Source: Escherichia coli
GTDB lineage: Bacteria; Pseudomonadota; Gammaproteobacteria; Enterobacterales; Enterobacteriaceae
Assembly: GCF_022846255.1 (NCBI RefSeq)
Contig: NZ_AP025682.1
Length of the DNA stretch: 64,000 nucleotides
Direction: 5' to 3' (one strand)
The position numbers and the translations under genes are program-made. The notes beneath the pieces were generated by a model. It made no database searches. It saw only the letters and a list, made by a program, of their open reading frames with translations, and had not been told where the DNA came from. Within the stretch, counting starts at the first letter, position 1, and each line of letters starts with the position of its first letter. Of this stretch, positions 57,007 to 64,000 are shown one piece after another.

Positions 57007-57022
57007 AGCAGAAATCATGCCA
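57007..57022 (-). promoter_or_regulatory. Candidate sigma-54 (-24/-12) promoter for zraSR
   Basis: Minus strand reads TGGCATgatttcTGCT (GG and GC spaced 12 nt), about 30 nt upstream of zraS start. Confidence 0.55.
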
Positions 57023-57073
57023 TCTTTTATCAGCGCTTACCCTGCGCTGTAACACAAAGGCTTAAGTTTCAAT

Positions 57074-57119
57074 GAGTAAAAATGACTCGCTACCCGCAGC
57101 AGGCGAGTCATTTTTACTC
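57074..57119. promoter_or_regulatory. Perfect 17-bp inverted repeat pair (gagtaaaaatgactcgc N12 gcgagtcatttttactc), candidate ZraR enhancer/UAS between divergent zraP and zraSR
   Basis: Arms at 57074..57090 and 57103..57119 are exact reverse complements; located between the two sigma-54 promoter candidates. Confidence 0.65.
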
Positions 57120-57161
57120 GTTTATCATGCCAGATTACCCGTCATATCAGCGTTTCATCGT

Positions 57162-57177
57162 TGGCACGGAAGATGCA
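57162..57177 (+). promoter_or_regulatory. Sigma-54 (-24/-12) promoter for zraP
   Basis: TGGCACggaagaTGCA (GG-N10-GC) about 35 nt upstream of zraP ATG. Confidence 0.7.
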
Positions 57178-57212
57178 ATATCCGAAGTAAGACAACCACT
57201 GGAGGATTAACC

Positions 57213-57638
57213 ATGAAACGGAACACGAAAATTGCCCTGGTAATGATGGCGCTTTCAGCAATGGCGATGGGATCGACATCTGCATTTGCTCACGGCGGAC
57301 ATGGTATGTGGCAGCAAAATACCGCGCCTTTGACCAGCGAACAACAGACAGCGTGGCAGAAAATCCATAATGACTTTTACGCTCAAAGCAGCGCACTGCA
57401 ACAGCAACTGGTGACGAAGCGTTATGAATACAATGCCCTGTTAGCCGCGAACCCACCGGATAGCAGCAAAATTAACGCGGTCGCCAAAGAGATGGAGAAT
57501 TTGCGTCAGTCGTTAGATGAGTTACGGGTGAAACGGGATATTGCGATGGCTGAAGCGGGTATTCCGCGCGGAGCCGGAATGGGCATGGGCTACGGCGGCT
57601 GCGGTGGTGGCGGTCATATGGGTATGGGCCACTGGTAA
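57213..57638 (+). CDS. zraP: Zinc-resistance-associated periplasmic protein ZraP, 141 aa
   Basis: ORF track 57072..57638; start at ATG 57213 after ggagg SD: MKRNTKIALVMMALSAMAMGSTSAFAHGGHGMWQQ...; Gly/His/Met-rich C-terminus GMGMGYGGCGGGGHMGMGHW. Confidence 0.92.
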   Translation: MKRNTKIALVMMALSAMAMGSTSAFAHGGHGMWQQNTAPLTSEQQTAWQKIHNDFYAQSSALQQQLVTKRYEYNALLAANPPDSSKINAVAKEMENLRQSLDELRVKRDIAMAEAGIPRGAGMGMGYGGCGGGGHMGMGHW

Positions 57639-57639
57639 A

Positions 57640-58341
57640 TCAGAACGTTTTCTCGTTGGGTTGCCAGCGACAGAAATCAGAGTTTGCCACCAACAGTAAT
57701 TGCGAACCTTCGGGCGCTTCCAGCCATGCCACGCTGACATCAACAGAAGAGCGGCTCTGGCGGCGCTCGATATGCGCTATCGCCTGCGAATCTAAATCAG
57801 GTTTAATGGTTTGCCCTTCGCAGGTGGTCACGGTCTGTTCCATCGCATGCCAGCGCCCCTGGCGCAGCACGACTCTCCCCTGACGTAAGGCATCGCTAAT
57901 CTGGCGGATCTGATCAGCACGATAACGGTATAAATCGATTTGGTCGTTAGAAAGCTGCTGCTTTTCCCCATCGGATTCACGTTGCATAAAGCTCAGATCA
58001 CCGCGATCGTCAAAACGCGCGCGAATGTTCACCGGCGGTTTGCTGTAAACATTGATATTGATGAGCGTGAGGTTATCGCCCTGCCAGCGATACTCTCGCG
58101 TTGTGGTATCGCCACTGCGCCACGGGCTAAACACGGCAAGCAGATGCACATTATCGCCGCTGTCTTTTCGCCAGATGCGTACCGCGCCCTGGTCTTCAGC
58201 AAATCCACTGGCGGTAAAGGGAGGAAGTGAAGAGTTGTGACTACAGGCAGTAAGAAACAGAGCGCCCGCCAGCATCAATGATCGACGCCAGAAAGACAAA
58301 AGGGGTGAAACCACCCCTTCGTTAAAACTGTTCACTGCCAC
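57640..58341 (-). CDS. yjaH: YjaH, DUF1481-family predicted lipoprotein; start approximate
   Basis: ORF track 233 aa; N-terminus ...RRSLMLAGALFLTACSHN contains lipobox LTAC; conserved position next to hupA. Confidence 0.8.
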   Translation of the reverse strand: MAVNSFNEGVVSPLLSFWRRSLMLAGALFLTACSHNSSLPPFTASGFAEDQGAVRIWRKDSGDNVHLLAVFSPWRSGDTTTREYRWQGDNLTLININVYSKPPVNIRARFDDRGDLSFMQRESDGEKQQLSNDQIDLYRYRADQIRQISDALRQGRVVLRQGRWHAMEQTVTTCEGQTIKPDLDSQAIAHIERRQSRSSVDVSVAWLEAPEGSQLLLVANSDFCRWQPNEKTF

Positions 58342-58347
58342 GCAATC

Positions 58348-58620
58348 TTACTTAACTGCGTCTTTCAGTGCCTTGCCAGAAACAAATGCCGGTACGTTAG
58401 CTGCGGCAATTTTGATTTCTTTACCGGTCTGCGGGTTGCGGCCAGTACGCTCAGCGCGGTGGTTCACTTTGAAGGTACCGAAACCAACCAGTTGTACAGC
58501 ATCGCCTTCTTTCAGAGACTCAGTAATTGCAGCCAGAGTGGACTCCAGAGCAGCTTTAGCCTGGGTTTTGGACAGTTCTGCTTTCTCTGCAATTACATCA
58601 ATCAGTTGAGTCTTGTTCAT
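58348..58620 (-). CDS. hupA: DNA-binding protein HU-alpha, 90 aa
   Basis: Translation [90 protein letters not shown]. Confidence 0.97.
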
Positions 58621-58806
58621 AAGTTATCCTTACAATGTGTTTATCGCTTGCTAAGCATCGAGTGCGACGGAAATGCCAGAATAGCACTCTCCTGCATACA
58701 CGCACCGATAGCCACTTTTTTTCGCCCCCCAAATGTAGACCAGACGGGGGGCGAAAGGGAAGACTCCAGGTACGACAAATCAGGCGTTAAATCACGTTTT
58801 CTGGTC

Positions 58807-59397
58807 TTATTGCTGAAAAATTATACCAATATTGCTCTCACCCGCCTCACGCAAGTCTGCCCTAAGGCCTTTTATCAGCTCGATATCGCGTTCTTCGCAC
58901 TCAGCTAAAAGTCGGAATATTTCCCACTGAATGTCCCATTCTTGCTCTACAGCTGGGTTTTCTTTGAGCTCTTCATCGCTCATTTCGCGACCAGCCTGAG
59001 TCATTTCCAGCATCGCCACGGTCGTGATGGAGGTCTTACTCACTTCCACCGCGTGTTCGAGCGTTTCGCCACTTAAACGCGAATGGACCAGTTCACTTAA
59101 CGCCACGCAAGCATCAATTGCCGGATAAACGCCGTACAGATCGAAATCGTCGGCTGAAGGAATCGCTTCTTCAAATTTCTCCAGTTGGCTGTCGAAATTT
59201 ACTTTTGCGTCTTTGACGGTCAGCGTTTCCCAAATGAGATCGAGAATGCGGCGGTAAATCTGCCCATCGCCGAAGCCGGTTTGCTGACAGAATACGGCGT
59301 AATTGGGGTACATGCGTTCGCATAAGCAGGCCATAAAAGTGACATGCTGCCAGCTTTCCAGGCGCTCCAGACGCAGATGAATTGGGTTTTGTAACAT
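58807..59397 (-). CDS. yjaG: YjaG, DUF416 family protein, 196 aa
   Basis: ORF track translation MLQNPIHLRLERLESWQHVTFMACLCERMYPNYAVFCQQTGFGDGQIYRRILDLIWETL; conserved position between hupA and nfi. Confidence 0.85.
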   Translation of the reverse strand: MLQNPIHLRLERLESWQHVTFMACLCERMYPNYAVFCQQTGFGDGQIYRRILDLIWETLTVKDAKVNFDSQLEKFEEAIPSADDFDLYGVYPAIDACVALSELVHSRLSGETLEHAVEVSKTSITTVAMLEMTQAGREMSDEELKENPAVEQEWDIQWEIFRLLAECEERDIELIKGLRADLREAGESNIGIIFQQ

Positions 59398-59439
59398 GTT
59401 GAGTTCTCAAATACGGAAATTATCCGCAGTTTACCTGAA

Positions 59440-60111
59440 TTAGGGCTGATTTGCTGTATAGCGCACGAACGCCGGACGTTCCGAGGCCACCGCGTCCGCC
59501 CAGCGCGTTGGCTCCGGCAGACGATAGCCTTTCATGCAGCGTTGTACCCACGCCAGCGCGCTGTCCACGCTGACCCGATGGCCGGTAGCGATAAACAACG
59601 GGTTACAGCGCGCTTTGCTGCGCCAGACCCAGGCCAGCTGCTCGCCTTTATCCATCAGCGGGGCCAGCGCGCCCGGTTCGCTGGAGAGCGGTTCGAATTT
59701 ACCGCAGAGCCGTTTTTTCGCTACGCCAATGGTCGGCACATCCACCAGCAAACCAAAATGGCTGGCGACGCCAAGACGGCGAGGATGCGAGATCCCATGA
59801 CCATCGACAAACACTAAATCCGGCTTTTGTGACAGCATCTCCCACGCTGCCAGCAGCGCAGGATATTCACGAAAGGAGAGAAAACCAGGAATGTAAGGCA
59901 TGGTGGTGGCGATGCGGGCCACTTTATACTCCACCAGCTCAAGCGAGGGGTATTTCAGCAGCACCATCGCCGCTCGCGTCACTTCGCCGCCCTGCTCAAA
60001 TCCGACATCGGCTCCGGCGATCAGATCCGGCGGATCTTTATCGAGTCGATCCTCGCGGATCACAGAAGAAGCCAGTTCAATTTGTTGAGCGCGTAATGAC
60101 GCGAGATCCAT
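59440..60111 (-). CDS. nfi: Endonuclease V (deoxyinosine 3' endonuclease) Nfi, 223 aa
   Basis: Translation [87 protein letters not shown]. Confidence 0.93.
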
Positions 60112-60120
60112 AATCGCTCC

Positions 60121-61185
60121 TTAGCGGTGATACTGTTCAGACAAGCGATGCACTGCCTCCACAAACACGCCTGCATGTTCTGGCGGCACATCCTGATGAA
60201 TGCCGTGACCAAGGTTAAAGACATGGCCTTCGCCGTGACCGAAACCGGCAAGTATAGACGCCACTTCTTCTTCAATGCGGGCAGGCGGCGCGTACAGCAT
60301 CGACGGGTCCATATTACCCTGCAGCGCGACTTTATTGCCCACGCGACGGCGCGCATCGGCGATATCCGTTGTCCAGTCGAGGCCCAGCGCATCGCAACCG
60401 GTTTCTGCCATCGCTTCCAGCCACTGTCCGCCACCTTTGGTAAACAGCGTGACCGGTACGCGGCGACCGTCGTTTTCACGCAGTAAACCATCAACAATTT
60501 TATGCATGTAATAGAGCGAGAACTGTTGATAATCGCGCCCGGTAAGCACGCCGCCCCAGGTGTCGAAAATCATGACTGCCTGAGCACCGGCTTTAATCTG
60601 CGCATTCAGATACAAAGTGACGCTTTTCGCCAGTTTATCGAGTAGCGCGTGCAGCGCCTGTGGATCGGCATACATCATTTTTTTGATCACGGTGAACGCT
60701 TTGCTGCTGCCGCCTTCCACCATGTAGGTCGCCAGCGTCCACGGGCTGCCGGAAAAACCAATCAGCGGCACTTCGCCTTTCAGTTCGCGACGAATGGTAC
60801 GCACCGCGTTCATCACGTAACCCAGCTCCTCTTCCGGGTCCGGAATTGGCAGTTTATCGACGTCGGCTTTGCAGGTGACTGGCGAGGTAAAACGCGGACC
60901 TTCTCCGGCTTCAAAATAGAGCCCTAACCCCATCGCGTCCGGCACGGTGAGGATATCGGAAAAGAGGATCGCCGCATCCAGCGGGTAGCGACGCAGCGGT
61001 TGCAAAGTCACTTCGCACGCCAGCTCGGCGTTTTTGCACAGCGACAGAAAATCGCCCGCCTGGGCGCGCGTGGCTTTATATTCCGGTAGATAGCGACCCG
61101 CCTGGCGCATCATCCATACTGGAGTGACATCAACGGGCTGGCGCAGCAGCGCCCGCAGATAACGATCGTTTTTAAGTTCGGTCAT
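60121..61185 (-). CDS. hemE: Uroporphyrinogen decarboxylase HemE, 354 aa
   Basis: Translation [89 protein letters not shown]. Confidence 0.96.
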   Translation of the reverse strand: MTELKNDRYLRALLRQPVDVTPVWMMRQAGRYLPEYKATRAQAGDFLSLCKNAELACEVTLQPLRRYPLDAAILFSDILTVPDAMGLGLYFEAGEGPRFTSPVTCKADVDKLPIPDPEEELGYVMNAVRTIRRELKGEVPLIGFSGSPWTLATYMVEGGSSKAFTVIKKMMYADPQALHALLDKLAKSVTLYLNAQIKAGAQAVMIFDTWGGVLTGRDYQQFSLYYMHKIVDGLLRENDGRRVPVTLFTKGGGQWLEAMAETGCDALGLDWTTDIADARRRVGNKVALQGNMDPSMLYAPPARIEEEVASILAGFGHGEGHVFNLGHGIHQDVPPEHAGVFVEAVHRLSEQYHR

Positions 61186-61224
61186 TTTGGCTGTTCCTTA
61201 GTGCGTCAGGCGGTCAGTGTATCA

Positions 61225-61998
61225 TCACTCATACTCTGCCCGACACATCGCCACCGTATCTTCTATCAGACGGCGCGCTACGGTGCCGGGCGGCGGGAGT
61301 AACGGCAAATCGTCATAGCGATACCAGTTCGCCTCGAGCAATTCTTTCGGGTCGATCACGATCTCGCCGCTGTCATATTCCGCCATAAACGCGGTCATTA
61401 ACGACTGAGGAAACGGCCACGGTTGGGAGGTCACGTAACGCAAGTTTTTAACTTTAATTCCGCTCTCTTCCATCACTTCCCGCGCGACTGCCTGCTCGAG
61501 GGTTTCACCCACTTCGACGAATCCGGCAAGTACTGTATGGACACCGTTACGATGGCGGGTATGCTGGGCGAGGAGGATCGAATCATCGCGACGGATGGCA
61601 ACAATAATGCAGGGGGCGATTTGCGGGTAGTAACGCTCACGGCAATGGCTGCACAGCATCGCCCATTCGGTTTTGCTTGGATACATTTCATGCCCGCAGT
61701 AACCACAGTATTTATGCGATCGGTAAAACTCCGCCAGTTGCACGCCACGTCCGGCCAGTTGAAACAGCCCAACATCGAGATCAATGACCTGACGTACCGA
61801 CCCCATATCGTGACGCCGCTGCTGTTGTACTAACCAAACAGGTTCCCCTTGCCATTCGCCGATTTGTAGTGCGCGCTGACCCACAAGATCGAAATTTGCC
61901 GCTTCGCCATATGGCAATTCTCCCTTCGGCAACCATAATTTTTGTTCATGGCTGACGACCCACCAGCCGTGATCTAATTTTTCAATTATACGATCCAT
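61225..61998 (-). CDS. nudC: NADH pyrophosphatase NudC (Nudix hydrolase), 257 aa
   Basis: Zinc-binding CxxC...CxxC ([28 protein letters not shown]) and Nudix box ([25 protein letters not shown]). Confidence 0.93.
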   Translation of the reverse strand: MDRIIEKLDHGWWVVSHEQKLWLPKGELPYGEAANFDLVGQRALQIGEWQGEPVWLVQQQRRHDMGSVRQVIDLDVGLFQLAGRGVQLAEFYRSHKYCGYCGHEMYPSKTEWAMLCSHCRERYYPQIAPCIIVAIRRDDSILLAQHTRHRNGVHTVLAGFVEVGETLEQAVAREVMEESGIKVKNLRYVTSQPWPFPQSLMTAFMAEYDSGEIVIDPKELLEANWYRYDDLPLLPPPGTVARRLIEDTVAMCRAEYE

Positions 61999-62092
61999 AG
62001 CTCTTGCACTACCTTTGCATCACTGGCATGTTTAACATGGTTTTTACATTTCTCACTGAGCAGTTTTTGAATACAAACTTGCGGAGTCAATC

Positions 62093-62569
62093 ATGCTTAA
62101 CCAGCTCGATAACCTGACGGAACGCGTCAGAGGAAGTAACAAACTGGTTGATCGCTGGCTACATGTACGTAAGCATCTGCTCGTGGCTTACTACAATCTG
62201 GTTGGCATTAAGCCTGGCAAAGAATCGTACATGAGGCTAAACGAAAAAGCCCTTGATGATTTTTGTCAGAGCCTGGTCGATTACTTGTCTGCCGGACATT
62301 TCAGTATTTATGAGCGCATTCTTCATAAGCTGGAAGGCAACGGGCAACTCGCGCGCGCCGCGAAGATTTGGCCGCAACTCGAAGCCAATACCCAACAGAT
62401 TATGGATGACTACGATTCCAGCCTGGAAACCGCCATCGATCATGATAATTACCTTGAGTTTCAACAGGTTTTATCTGACATCGGCGAGGCGCTGGAAGCA
62501 CGCTTTGTGCTGGAAGATAAGTTGATTCTGCTGGTACTTGACGCCGCCCGCGTCAAACATCCTGCTTGA
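62093..62569 (+). CDS. rsd: Regulator of sigma D (anti-sigma-70 factor) Rsd, 158 aa
   Basis: Translation MLNQLDNLTERVRGSNKLVDRWLHVRKHLLVAYYNLVGIKPGKESYMRLNEKALDDFCQSLVDYLSAGHFSIYERIL. Confidence 0.9.
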   Translation: MLNQLDNLTERVRGSNKLVDRWLHVRKHLLVAYYNLVGIKPGKESYMRLNEKALDDFCQSLVDYLSAGHFSIYERILHKLEGNGQLARAAKIWPQLEANTQQIMDDYDSSLETAIDHDNYLEFQQVLSDIGEALEARFVLEDKLILLVLDAARVKHPA

Positions 62570-62602
62570 GTTCTGCGCTGTTAACGCGTAATTTACATTC
62601 AA

Positions 62603-62628
62603 CGCCCCGTTTGTGGGGCTAATTTCTT
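62603..62628 (+). terminator. Hairpin ccccgtttgtgggg followed by T-rich tract, candidate rsd terminator
   Basis: Short GC stem then ctaatttcttg about 35 nt after rsd stop. Confidence 0.45.
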
Positions 62629-62720
62629 GTCGGAGTGCCTTAACTGGCTGAGACCGTTTATTCGGGATCCGCGGAACCTGATCAGGCTAATACCTGCGAA
62701 GGGAACAAGAGTTAATCTGC
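62620..62720 (+). promoter_or_regulatory. TPP riboswitch (THI element) in thiC leader
   Basis: Conserved THI-box segments ctgagaccgtttattcgggatc ... ggaacctgatcaggctaatacctgcgaagggaac upstream of thiC ATG at 62802. Confidence 0.75.
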
Positions 62721-62798
62721 TATCGCATCGCCTTTGCGGCGATCGTCTCTTGCTTCATCCGTCGTCTGACAAGCCACGTCCTTAACTTTTTGGAATGA

Positions 62799-64000
<1,202 letters not shown>

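Noticed and set aside
57072-57212. 47-codon upstream extension of zraP
   Set aside because: Covers the ZraR inverted repeats and the sigma-54 promoter; the authentic start with SD and signal peptide is at 57213
58724-58756. Hairpin cgcccccc...ggggggcg between yjaG and hupA as a terminator
   Set aside because: The stem is flanked by a T-run upstream and an A-rich tract downstream on the plus strand (no gene reads into it), and on the minus strand it is followed by A-rich rather than U-rich sequence, so it is not a canonical intrinsic terminator; function unclear

Overview
This window reads as a contiguous Escherichia coli / Shigella-type chromosomal segment, colinear with the K-12 region from yjbJ-lexA through the mal regulon to rsd-thiC, in reverse-complement orientation relative to the reference. 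I found no convincing undescribed system; the only accessory block is a known-type L-sorbose PTS operon. All identifications rest on reading the six-frame translations and the nucleotide sequence against remembered protein, rRNA and gene-order knowledge; no database search was run. Gene order is: yjbJ, dinF-lexA, dgkA, plsB, ubiA-ubiC, malM-lamB-malK, malEFG, psiE, a small secreted ORF, yjbHGFE, pgi, lysC with its lysine riboswitch, yjbD, rluF, sorCDFBAME, pepE, yjbB, metH, iclR, aceKAB, metA, yjaB, the rrnE-type rRNA operon (5S, 23S, tRNA-Glu, 16S, minus strand), purHD, zraRS/zraP, yjaH, hupA, yjaG, nfi, hemE, nudC, rsd, and the thiC leader plus a partial thiC. The sor operon sits between rluF and pepE. 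Four junctions are shorter than I remember for K-12 and appear to lack yjbI, xylE, arpA and yjaA, which suggests a non-K-12 lineage. There are no IS elements, integrases, phage genes, CRISPR arrays or recognisable defence or toxin-antitoxin modules. REP/BIME palindromes occupy many intergenic spacers. Coordinates of CDS include the stop codon; several starts were moved downstream of the ORF-track start to match known protein N-termini.
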